Shown here piece after piece: positions 12,030 to 23,054 of a DNA stretch of 64,000 bases. The stretch lies in the NCBI RefSeq assembly GCF_009834535.1, contig NC_045696.1, forward strand, positions 93,808,001-93,872,000, given 5' to 3'. The notes under the pieces were generated by a model that saw only the letters and a list, made by a program, of their open reading frames with translations, had not been told where the DNA came from and did not search any database. A program made the translations under genes and the position numbers. Numbering within the stretch: the first letter of the stretch is position 1; each line of letters starts with the position of its first letter. Source of the stretch: Camelus ferus. Taxonomy: Eukaryota.

Positions 12030-12937
12030 GTAAGCATTGAAGATTATTATGAATTACTTTTAGTTCTTTCAAACTTTTGAAATCTTCTGATGCAACAGGA
12101 CTTCTATTGTACATTTGTTCTTAGTCGTATTTTGGCCGTGTTGTTCTTTACTTTTGGTCGTTTAAGAGAGGGCTCACTGTTTAACACAGGCATCACTTCC
12201 CCTCAGCACATCCCTGCAGTCAGCTCTCCATCATTCGTTATTCACAAAGAATGTCAGTAAAATACAACACCAGTGTAATACGAGAAGAGCAAGGCAGCTG
12301 TTAAAAACCAGTGCCTGGGTGGAGACTGCTTAGAGTAGATTTTATTTCAGGATTTTTTTCCCCTCTTACAAAACAGATAATTTTGTACTTTAGCTCTTTG
12401 AATAAAATTGGCAATTTCATGAAATCTGTTTTGAGAAATAAAATGTAACTTTTAAATATATATACAAGTAGAGTCAGCTTCAGCAGTAGTTGGAGACAAC
12501 AATAAGGCATATTTTTTGCCCAGTAAATGAACTCATTCTAGTGAGAAAAAAACTGGAAGTCACAAATGCCTAGTGCTATGTGAATTGGTGCCACCCTTTT
12601 GGAAGACACTCTAGGTTAGAAATAAGTAACCGCAGTCGTTAAAATAGTCACTGGCCCAGTGGATTCATACGTGACATTTTAACTTAATATGTTCTAAGGC
12701 AGTAATTCCAAATGTTTTGTGAAAGGTATATTGTAAACAACGTAGATGTCTAGTAGCAATGGGAAATGATGGTTTTATAAGACCATATTATATGGCATTT
12801 CTGTTAAATAGGCATATAAAAACATTGTATATTAACGTATAAAACATTTGAACTGATGTTAAATGAAAAAGTTGGATGTTCTATGAACACAAAAAAATAA
12901 AGACCTCAAAGATTAGGGTGCAGACATTGCTCTAGTG

Positions 12938-13142
12938 CAGTGGTTCTCAGCCTGGGTGATTTTGCCTCCCCGGTGACATTTGATGATGCCTGCAGGCACG
13001 GTTCTTACAGCTGGAGGAGTAGTAAGTACCATTAGCCTCTAGTAAATGGAGGCCAGTGATGCTGTTAAGCATTCTGCAGTGCACAGGACAGTCCCCCCAG
13101 CAGAGAAGTCAGTAAGTCAAGAATGCTGATGTTGAGACCCTG
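12938..13142 (+). mobile_element. MER20 hAT-Charlie MITE
   Basis: cagtggttctca...gattttgcctccc...gaggccagtgatgctg...cacaggacagtcccc...gttgagaccctg. Confidence 0.8.
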
Positions 13143-13397
13143 TTCTCAGGTATGAGATTATGGGTAAAATGAATTTTAATCATGTGGCTGGATTATCCGC
13201 ATTTTAAGTTATCTGAGTACTTTGTTTGACATCAGTACTTTGTCGGATCCTCCTTCATACCTTTCCCTGAGTTTACAGGTAGCTTAACAGGGAGACTCCT
13301 TGAAATACAAACAGTTTATATATCCCTCTGCTGTCCTAGGAAGGCTTATAAAAAAAATGTAGTTTTCTTTGGATTGATGCTTTGCTTTGGTCTAGTC

Positions 13398-13602
13398 CAG
13401 GGGTCAGCACATTCTGGCATAAGCACACTGGCCACAAAGTTGTTTGTATAAATTTTTGTTGGAACACAGCCGTGCCTGTTCATTCACGTGTTGTCTGTGC
13501 CTGCTCTCCAGCTACGCTAGCAGAGTTGAGTTATTGTGACAGAGCCACAAAGCCTGAAATACTTTTTCTCTGGTCCTGTACAAAGTGTGCTAAACCCTAC
13601 TG
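13398..13602 (-). mobile_element. MER58A-like hAT-Charlie MITE, opposite orientation to the copy at 11.4 kb
   Basis: caggggtcagca...ttggaacacagccgtgcctgttcattcacgt...gcagagttgagttattgtgacagag...aagcctgaaatact. Confidence 0.75.
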
Positions 13603-14537
13603 CTCTAGTGATGTAGGGTTGCAGGATGGCATTGGATAAATTGTGCAGTGAGGAAAAATAATTGCTGATTTTATTCTGAATAATGGTTCATGACTGATTC
13701 ATGATTTTGGTAGAACTATTATAGATTCCTAGAACCATGAAAAAGATACTCTTAAAAGCAAATAGGAAGAATGAATGGATTATCAGCTTAATGCTGTAAT
13801 TACCACTGACTATATAACCATCAGACATCTGCCTGCTGGATAATTTTTATTAAAGACTCCTGCAAATTGAGGTAAAAATTTTTATGACTGTCAAAGGAAA
13901 GACCTCTAAGAATGGAGCAAGTGAACCAGAGCTGTGTGCATTTATTCCAAGTATTCCTGTTTTGAAATTGGAGGGTTTGAATGAATGTGAGACCATTTAA
14001 AACATATTTTAGAATAAGTTTTTAAGAATCAGTTGTAGCTAAAATCCCTTTTAAACAAAATTCTTCATTTTTTATTTTACATTTGCCTGGGTGCATAACC
14101 TGTGAAATTTTTGAATTGATCATTTCACTGACTTATTCTGTAAATTGAGGGCTATTTATCAGTATCATGATGGACAGTAAAATGTATAGACTATTCTCTT
14201 GGTCTGAATCACTTAGAATTACCTCAGGTATTTATTTCATTCTTTGTCCTTTAGTGGAATATATAGTAAGAAAATTAGGGAATATTCTGTTACCTCTCTA
14301 ATATGTTGAGTAATTATACCTGTGAGAAGAGAATTTGTTGTATGATTTAGCATATTTATATTTAGCTGATATTTTTCCATGTTTAATAAAAGTAAAAATT
14401 CTCTTTCCTCAAATATAAGTTTGAGAATTTATATTGCAGAAATAAACTAAACTCATCTGTGGAGTTTATGTTGATTCTGGGATTGGCTTGGAATACTCCA
14501 GAATTTTTTTTTTTAACTACATTTTAACTTTTTAAAG

Positions 14538-14658
14538 GGTAAAGGTTTACACAAAAACCGACGGACTAGTTGCTATTCATCCTAAATCTGTTAATGTGGA
14601 GCAAACGGAGTTTCACTACAACTGGCTTATCTATCACCTGAAGATGAGAACAAGCAGT
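14538..14658 (+). CDS. DHX36: DHX36 coding exon (3rd from 3' end), OB-fold region
   Basis: tttaaag|G GTA...AGT|gtaagc; 121 nt, VKVYTKTDGLVAIHPKSVNVEQTEFHYNWLIYHLKMRTSS. Confidence 0.97.
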
Positions 14659-15313
14659 GTAAGCGAATGTGTAAAATAATCATGGATCTGAAAAACAGCC
14701 TTGGACTTTTTAAATTGTATAGTTTTCATAATTATAAAGAAAATTTGTCCCTTAAAAAAATTTTTTTTTTCTAATTTTGTAACTTCTTCAGGCAGGTCTG
14801 TACTATTCATGTGCAGGTCTGTCATGATGGATCTTTGTACTTTAATTGGGACAGTTATTTGATACTTTTCTTTCAAAGCCTGCTTTCAAGAAATACTGGC
14901 ATTTTATGGTATACAAGAGTTTACACTGTACAAAGAATTTTATTGGCCTGTCAATATACCTTATACATATTGGTCAGAATATTAAGTGGGATTCTGTTTA
15001 CATATAAATAAAAATAACTTCAGAGACATTAGTGTTTTAGTTTTACCACTCAGAAAATATTTTGTTTAAAGAATAGTACTGTTGTTTGAATTGAAACAAA
15101 AGCATAAAACTCCTGTGTTCTCTGAAGTAATAAAGAATGACTTGTTTAAAATGGTATTTCTTCAAAATTAGTCTCTGTAATTACGCCTATAGGATAGTAC
15201 CTGTTTTAGAAAGAAAGCGCTAATAGATTGATATTAGTGATATTATTGCATTAACTTGGCAATAATCCTTCCGGTTTCCTTAATGTATTAATTTGCCTTA
15301 ATTCTCACTATAG

Positions 15314-15466
15314 ATATACTTGTATGACTGCACAGAAGTCTCCCCATACTGTCTCTTGTTCTTTGGAGGTGATATTTCCATCCAGAAGGATAACGATCAG
15401 GAAACTATTGCTGTTGACGAATGGATTATCTTTCAGTCTCCAGCAAGAATTGCCCATCTTGTTAAG
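15314..15466 (+). CDS. DHX36: DHX36 penultimate coding exon
   Basis: actatag|ATA...AAG|gtgact; 153 nt, IYLYDCTEVSPYCLLFFGGDISIQKDNDQETIAVDEWIIFQSPARIAHLVK. Confidence 0.97.
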
Positions 15467-15858
15467 GTGACTGACTTAACGTGATTGTCTTTGATTCTAC
15501 GTGCAAGTTAGTATGTGGTCTTGTGGTTTTGTTCTTCCAAGTATTATATGTGTTACATTAAACATTTCTTTATTTCAACAGAGCAAATTGTGTTGAGAAG
15601 TAGATTCATACTTTTTCTGAACTGTTTTTTGAGATAGTTATGGACCAGCCATTCTAAATGGCTTAGTGTGATGGAAGTTTGAATTTTTTGACTTTACCTA
15701 AGTTCATAACCACACTTTAGTTAGCTGCTCACTAAATGTTTCAGTTTTTTGTATACTAGTTTATGAAACTCCTTGTACCTGCTAAAGTCACTTTTATTTA
15801 CTACATTGTTTGGTATTCATCTGCCTTTTTTGAACAAGTGTAATTTTTTCAACTTTAG

Positions 15859-16044
15859 GAATTAAGAAAGGAACTCGATATCCTTCTGCAAGAGAAGATT
15901 GAAAGTCCCCACCCTGTAGACTGGAAGGACACTAAATCCAGAGACTGCGCGGTACTCTCAGCCATCATAGACTTGATCAAAACGCAGGAAAAAGCGACTC
16001 CCAGGAACTTGCCTCCACGCTTCCAGGAGGGATACTACAGCTGA
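15859..16044 (+). CDS. DHX36: DHX36 terminal coding exon to stop codon
   Basis: actttag|GAA...AGC TGA; ELRKELDILLQEKIESPHPVDWKDTKSRDCAVLSAIIDLIKTQEKATPRNLPPRFQEGYYS*. Confidence 0.97.
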   Translation, partial: ELRKELDILLQEKIESPHPVDWKDTKSRDCAVLSAIIDLIKTQEKATPRNLPPRFQEGYYS

Positions 16045-16488
16045 CGGCTTTCCTGTGGTGGCCTGAAAACCCAGTTTGACGGCCATTTTTCCATCTTGGT
16101 TTGCCTTTTGGCTAGATGCCAAACCCTGGGACATGCATTCTCATGTGTAAGGTAGAAACTTTCAGTAGGTAGTAAAGACTTAATGTGCATGAGTTAACAG
16201 TGTTATCTGTAGCTATTATAAATATGCCATAAAAAAACAATACATTCTCTGATCATATACTCTATAGTGGTCATGTCCACATTTTGAGAGTATTTCTCAT
16301 ATATTTTGAATGTTGTACCATTTGAGAAATGCCTTTGTTCTGTTATAAAAAATTGATCTTTCTACCCATAATGCCTGAGTATAGAACCAGTAAAAAGAAT
16401 GGTTAGCCAAAAAGCAGTGTCAAATCAGAATTTGACCACATCTACATTTTTTAATGAAACTTCTATCAGAAGGAAATTAATTTGTTGT

Positions 16489-16511
16489 AATAAAGCCCAG
16501 TATTTAATAAA
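16489..16511 (+). terminator. DHX36: DHX36 polyadenylation signals (tandem AATAAA at 16489-16494 and 16506-16511)
   Basis: Two canonical hexamers about 450 nt after the stop, followed by T-rich downstream sequence (16538-16610). Confidence 0.8.
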
Positions 16512-16649
16512 ATGTACAGTGTGTAAATCTCAGCTAGTTTTTTAGCTTGGTTTCTGCATCTCTACCTATCCCTTAGTTTATTTGATTTTTGTTTTTATCT
16601 TTTTAGAATATATTTGTGCTCCTTTTACATCACCCTGTCCTGTGTAAGA

Positions 16650-16855
16650 TAGCACTTGAGAGCATGGGTCTGGAGCCTAGTGACTACCTAAAGTTCACAT
16701 TTTAGCTCTGTCACTTAGATGTCTTAGGCAAATTATTTGGCTTCTCTTTTCCTCCTCTGTAAAATACAGGTAACAATTGTGAGGATTGAATATATTAACA
16801 TATGTAAAGTTGCATGGACTAGTGTCTGGCATGTATTGTGTACTCAACAAATTGA
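16650..16855 (+). mobile_element. MIR SINE
   Basis: cttaggcaaattatt...ttcctcctctgtaaaat...gtgaggattgaat...gtctggcatgt. Confidence 0.7.
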
Positions 16856-17094
16856 AATTAATACTGGCTTCTGGAATTTTTTTTTAATAACATTCCATTA
16901 TGTTACACTTTTTCCCCCATGCTCTAAGTGCTGTTTTACCCTCTCAGCCAGTGGAAGCCAGTGTGACACAGACTGTATGTTTTCAGCCGTCTGTGTTAGA
17001 TTTTGACAGATACTGTTGGTGCTGTACAACAGCCATTTTGTCCCTCTCTTCCTGCTTGCTTGTTCGTGTGTCCCCTCTCTGTGTGGCCTTGTGC

Positions 17095-17541
17095 TCAGTG
17101 ATGTGGACCCTCTTCCCCAAGTGTGAAGCGAATTGTTCTGAACCAGTCACGCATGGTCTTACTCCCCTTAAAAGTAGCTGATGAGGCATGAATATGTGAA
17201 CCTGTCCTGGCCAGTGGTGGCTGAGAAGAGCTCTGCAAGGGGCCTCTGAGAAAGATTTTCCTCACTGATAGAGAAACTTGGAGGAGGAAACGCTGCGCTC
17301 CTCCTTTGGACACTGTCTTGTCTGAATCTGGCACTTGGAGCTGTTGCAGGCAACTGAGGATCACGAGGTTGGCCCAGTGAGCAGGTGAGTCCTTGATGAC
17401 GCCAGTGAGCTGCTAAATTACCCACCTCTACAACTGCCCTGTGCATGGACTTCACTCTGACTTGATAAATCCATCACTGTTTTAGCCAGTTTTAGTAGAG
17501 TCTTTTGTAAGACCTGGCAGAAAGCACATGAACTGAAACCT
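17095..17541 (+). mobile_element. MLT1 (J/K-like) MaLR solo LTR
   Basis: tctgagaaagattttcctcactgat...ggagctgttgcagg...ttttagccagtttt...gaaagcacatgaactgaaa; old MLT1 motifs. Confidence 0.6.
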
Positions 17542-18929
17542 ATACTATCGCTCAAGTTTTGTTTGCTGAGGCCTGTTTCTACCATTTATTTTGTGATCTG
17601 ACTGTTGGAACCGTAGGTCTGAGAAAAGCTGTACAAGTTGTAGTCCTGGGACAACTGCAAAAAGAAACAGAGGAAGCACATCCTGCTGCACCCTTCAAAC
17701 TACACATCTTACTGTGCCTTCCAGTAAGTGCAGAGAAGCCAAAGGAAAGGGCAGTCAGACAGTGACTGGGACTGATGGCTAATGCTACAATGGTCTGAAC
17801 AGCACTGGTTCAGGTACTGCTCCTGTTTCTGGGCGTGCATGTCAACCTAACACCGCCTTCCAAGATTTTGAATGTATTTGTGTGTCCTAAGTCCATTTTC
17901 TTGGCTAGCATCCTAAAAATGGTTTCTCTCACTGACTTCTTGCATTGTACATATTGTAGCATGTTAGTTTTGCCCTTAAACTCAAGGTGACCATTAGGTC
18001 CTATTTGTTCTGTAAGAATGTTTATGTTTTTGGGTTTTTTTTTTTTTTGGCTTGCTTTTATTATCCAGTTTAAATCCAGTGCGTCAGCCAAAACAGTTTT
18101 GGCAGAAAGCATTTAAAGAATCTATAAAAACAAATTACTAGTTAATTTGTTCTGTGTTCACAAACCAGTATTTAATCTCCATAAATGGGGAAACTGTTCC
18201 TGAATAATTGTTTAATGGATGAGCTATTCAGAGAGATTAAAGCAGTTATTATCACCCTCAATTTATGTCTTCTGTACAGCTAATCAGGATGGAAATTTTA
18301 ACTGAAGGTGCTATTTATGTTGTTTCTTTTGTTTACAGAATAGGGTGTTAGTGAAAAATGTATTCCCTGTCTGAGAACTCTTTGTTATTCGGTAGTTTTA
18401 AAGAATAAGACATTAAGAAGAAAAATCTATTTGCGTCACCATTCTGATACCAAGGACGACTCCTGAGAAAATAACCCTGAAACAGAACCTTATGGGGGAA
18501 AAAAACGAAAGCAATAAAATATCCACTGAATAATCTTTAAAAAATGTCTCTGAAAGGTAAGTTCATGTGACACCTTAATTCATTAACTTAGGCAAAAGCT
18601 TTAGGTATACATATACCAATTATTGCAAGTGATTTTCCCTTCTTCGTTTTTAAAACAAAATCCACCCTAAAAGCTAGAAATCCTAGAAAAGTATAGGAGG
18701 AATTTATTTATTACTCCATTACCCAAAGTAAATGGTAATTTTCATTCCCCTCTTTTAGCTCTGAGTTTATGTATGTTTATTTTTAAGTAATTGTGATCAT
18801 GTGGTATAACCATATATTTATAATATGCTCATTAGTTTTATGTGGCATTTTCTGAATTAGAAACAGTACATGCTCATTGTAGAATATTTGGAAATACTAC
18901 ATAATAAAAAAAAACATGTTACCACTGTT

Positions 18930-19735
18930 ACATACTTTTAATAAGCTTTAAGATGCTGTTTTATATATGATAAAAGTATCCAATTTATAGTGTATAATTC
19001 TATGAATTTTGTCAAATATATAGTCATGTCATTGCTACCATCACAATCCTGATACAGAACATTCTTATCACCTAAAAATGTCCCTTGTTTCCCTTTGCAG
19101 TCAGTCCTCTGCTCCCTCTTCCACCCACTGGCAACTGTTGATCTGCTTTTGATCACTAGTTTTGCCTTTTGTAGAATTTTGGATAAATGGAACCATATGT
19201 AGTCTTTCGTGTCCAGCTTCTTTCACTAACATAATGCTTTTGAGATGTACACGTTGCTGCCTGTGTCAGCAGTTCGTTTTTTGTTGAGTAGTACTGCATT
19301 GTATGGTTACACCACAGCTAGTTTTCCCGTTCACCGGTTGGTGGGCATTTGAGTTATTTTCAGGTTTTTTGTTATTATAAATAAAGCTACTATGAACTTG
19401 TGTACACAGGTCTATGTGTAGATAGATGTTTACTTTTATCTTGGGTAAGTACCTATGATTAGGGTTGTTGTCATTGAAAGTGTGTTTAACTTTATGAGAA
19501 ATTGCCAAACTGATTTCCAGAGTGGGTGTACCATTTTAAATACCTATCCTCAATATATTATGGTCTCAAGGGTTTCAGGTTCTCACCCCTACTTTGGTAT
19601 TTTTTGTTGTTTAAGTTTGGCCTTTAGTGGATGTGGAGTCATTGCTCACTGTGGTTCTATGTTGTATTTCTGTAATGATCAGTGATGAGTGTATTCATGT
19701 GCTTACTTGCTGTCTTTCTTGGTCGTATACTTACT
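18930..19735 (-). mobile_element. L1M (MB/ME-like) 3' end, antisense
   Basis: gatacagaacatt..atcacc...ggcaactgttgatctgcttt...ttgggtaagtacctatg...gagaaattgccaaactgatttccagagtgg. Confidence 0.8.
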
Positions 19736-20359
19736 TATATGTTGTGATTTTCTGCCTTGTATCAAGTAGTTGGGACTTTCAGGGTTTATCTGATTAGAGA
19801 GGGGATTATTCTTTATGAATTTTAGAGGTGCAGAAAATCCTAAGTTCATTGATTAGAAAATGGCAAAATGTGCCACTCTTCAGTTGGCTAGTTCAGTTGG
19901 CTAAAGTGTTAAGCCACTGCTATCAAGTGCCAGAAGGGAATAAATAGCATCAGTTCTAGGTGGTCATGATGCCAAGGTGCTGCACATCCGCCATGAGGGG
20001 AACAGCAGGGCATGAGCGAAAACACCTCAGTGTAAAGGCGTGGGGGCGAAGGAGGACGGCTGAAGTGGAAGCGCCGCAGAGCTGGCCTTTCCCACAGATG
20101 TCAGGGTCCCACCGGGCCTGCAGAGTAAGGGAACGTCTTTTAAACTGTGACTGCCCATTTTCTAGGTAGGATGTGATTCATGTCTTGATGGTCTGGTATG
20201 AATTTTCAAGTAATTTTTTTCAAGTAATTTTTTAAGACAATGAATGATATATTTCTGAGTCCGTGCAGAATATGTTACCTTCACACAATGAAGGCAGCTT
20301 GGTGGGAAATAAAATTCATTTTGGCAGAGCTTTCATTTAATAGAGTAGTTCCTTGGTGA

Positions 20360-21120
20360 TTTAACTGGGTTGTTTGTTTTCTAATTACTGAGTTTTAAAA
20401 GTTCTTTGTATATTGTGGATGCTGATCCTGTTATCAGATACATTTTGCAAGATTTTCTTCTCCTCTGTGGATTGTCTATTTTATTCTCCTATCTTTTAAT
20501 GAAGTTCAATTTATCAATTTTTTTTCATCGATCATGTCTTTGCTGTTATATTTGAAAAGTCATCTCCAAACCCAAGAGCACCTAGATTTTCTCCTGTGTT
20601 ATCTTCTAGGAGTTTCACAGTTTTGCACCTTACATTTAGGTTAAAGTTTAGATATTTCTTAATTTTTGTTATTGATTTCCAACTTATGTTGTAATCAAAG
20701 ATCTCACTCTGTATAACTTCGGTTCTTTAAAATTGTTGAAACTTGTTTTATGACCCAGGAAATAGTCAAATGTTGTAAATAGTCTGTGCTTGAAAAGAAT
20801 GTACATGCTGAAACTGCAGCAGCATGTCCTTTTTTATGCCTATTGTTGTCGTTCAGATCTACTTCCTCTGATTTTTATCTACTTCTACACTTTTATCTGT
20901 CTTTCCTATCAAATGAGAAAGATGTGTTAAAGTCTCATGCTATGACTTTGGATTTAATTTTTCATTTCTGCCAACTTTTATGTATATTGAAACTATGTTA
21001 TTAGAATATATTTAGAATTGTTGTGTTCCTTGTTAAATGAAACTTTCATCATTCTGTAGGCTCTCTCTGTCTCTAGTCATGCCTTTTAAGACTCTTTTTA
21101 TCTAATACTGACATAGCTAC
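20360..21120 (-). mobile_element. L1M fragments, antisense
   Basis: ctccaaacccaagagcacctagattttctcctgtgttatcttctaggagtttcacagttttgcac. Confidence 0.65.
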
Positions 21121-22153
21121 ATGTAGTGAACGTTGTGACTTTCTGCCCAGGCCTTCTATCAGGGCCAGTGGACTGGAAGTGTAACCATGTGACAGCCATC
21201 ACTCATCAGCTTTCTGTGGGACTTGTCCTCAGGTGAAGGGGGTCACTTCACTTTCTGGAGACAGCCTGCATCCACGGCTGGTCAGAGCAGGGTTAGAAAG
21301 ACACAGACCCCCTGCCAAAGCTCCCTCTCCCCCTCTCCTCTGAGACTCCACAGTTCAGTCCTTGCCTTCTCTCCATGCTTCCTGTGGGTTTATTCTAGCC
21401 TCTTTTCCAGTTTACAGTATCTCTGAACTACCAAATCTGGTGTTAAACCCACTTCCATAATTTCTAGTTGGGGTTTTTGTTTTTTTTTTCTGTCACTTCT
21501 TATAGTTGTTAGTTCTATATTGCATTTTAAAGTTTGGCTTTTATCTCCATAAATGTAGCGATTATTTTATCGTCTAATGATTTCACTCTCGAGTCCCTGT
21601 AAGTGTATCAGTTTTTTTTTTTGTTTTGTTTTCTGTATGCAGATGTTGTGTCTCAAAGTATTTTTGCTGAACCTTTCATTTGAGAATTTGTTTTTCGGAA
21701 ATAACAGAACTAAGGTGATGGTAGCTTCTTCCAGAGTGAGGTTTTGTTTCCTTCCGTCTAGACTCCGATGTGCTAGAACCTCGAAGAGTGAGGCTTGAGG
21801 TCCTCTAGGGTCATCTCTTCACTTGAGAGGAAGCCCTGGGGGACTCAGCTCACACAAAGATTATGGTAGGCACTAAACTCTGACCTGTGTTATTTAGTAT
21901 TGCAGATCCAAATAACGCTGCCTCTCTGCTGCTTCCCAAAGTCCAGTAATTTGGGACGGAGGATGAAGGACCAAAGAGGAGGATGCATCCTGCTACTTCC
22001 AGAGATGACAGTCCCTGTATCTCTCCTCTTCCGTCACTGGCGTGAGTGACAATCCAACAAAGAGGCCATTGATTATGTACCCTATCACATGGCTCTATTT
22101 TAGCTGCAAGAGATGTTGGGTAACTAAATAGCATTTTAAGGTTTTACAGAGGG

Positions 22154-22697
22154 TGTGGTAGGCAGAAATCTAAGATGATCCCATGATCTCTTCCTTGGTG
22201 TTGAATCTGTGATTGCATTAATTGCATGGCGAAGGGATTTTACACATCTAATTAGGGACCCAAATCAGTTCTTTGAGCTCATAAAGGAGGTTATCCTGTG
22301 GGTCTAATGTGACTACATGAGTTCTTTAAAAGCAGAGTTTTCTCCAGCTGGTAGCATAAGGTGAAGTGAGAGATTCCAAGCATGAGAGGGATTCAGCATG
22401 CCACTGCTGCCTCGAAGATGGAAGGAGCCACATGGCGATGAATTCCAGTCCCTGGAAGCCACGAGCCCCTCCAGTCCCCCTGGCACAGCAGCCAGCAAGG
22501 AAACGGGCCTCAGCCAGAACTCTGCGAGTCAGGTGTGAGCTTGAAAGCAGTCAAACCAACAGTCCGATTTCAGCCTTTTCAGACTCTCAGCAGAGAATCC
22601 AGCCAAGCCATCAGAACTGTGAGATCATAAATGAGTGTTGTTTTAAGCCACTGAGTGTGTGGAAACGTGTTAGTTATGCAGGAAAGAAATTAATGCA
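22154..22697 (+). mobile_element. MLT1E-like MaLR solo LTR
   Basis: Starts tgtggtaggcagaa, ends ...cagaactgtgagatcataaatgagtgttgttttaagccact...taatgca (TG...CA termini). Confidence 0.85.
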
Positions 22698-23054
22698 GGA
22701 GGAGTCATTCTCTGTCCTCCACCAAGATGCACGAGCACCCGGTCCAGGTGCTGGGCGGCCGGGGTCAGTGAGGGGGTGTCGTGCAGGGGTCGGCAGCAGT
22801 CAGGTGCTTATGAACTATTTGAGGTAAGCTATTCAGTCATGCAGTTCTGTGAAAACTATGAGAAGAAACAGCTTGGCCCAGTTCTTAAAAATGCTCCAGG
22901 CTCCTAAGGCCAGCATGAACCCATAGAGGAAAGATCAGACACCTTCAGTGTTAGCTACAGACACCTTTTGAGTAGGGCTCTGATTTGGCCAAAAATTCAG
23001 CCAACTATATACTTAAATGTACACATCCTACAGCAAATTAAGTCACACCAGCAC

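Noticed and set aside
17810..18112. 100-aa minus-strand ORF in the intergenic gap
   Set aside because: Runs through a poly-T tract and has no recognisable motif; the opposite strand carries the more protein-like signal.
22366..22827. 153-aa ORF
   Set aside because: Mostly inside the MLT1 LTR.
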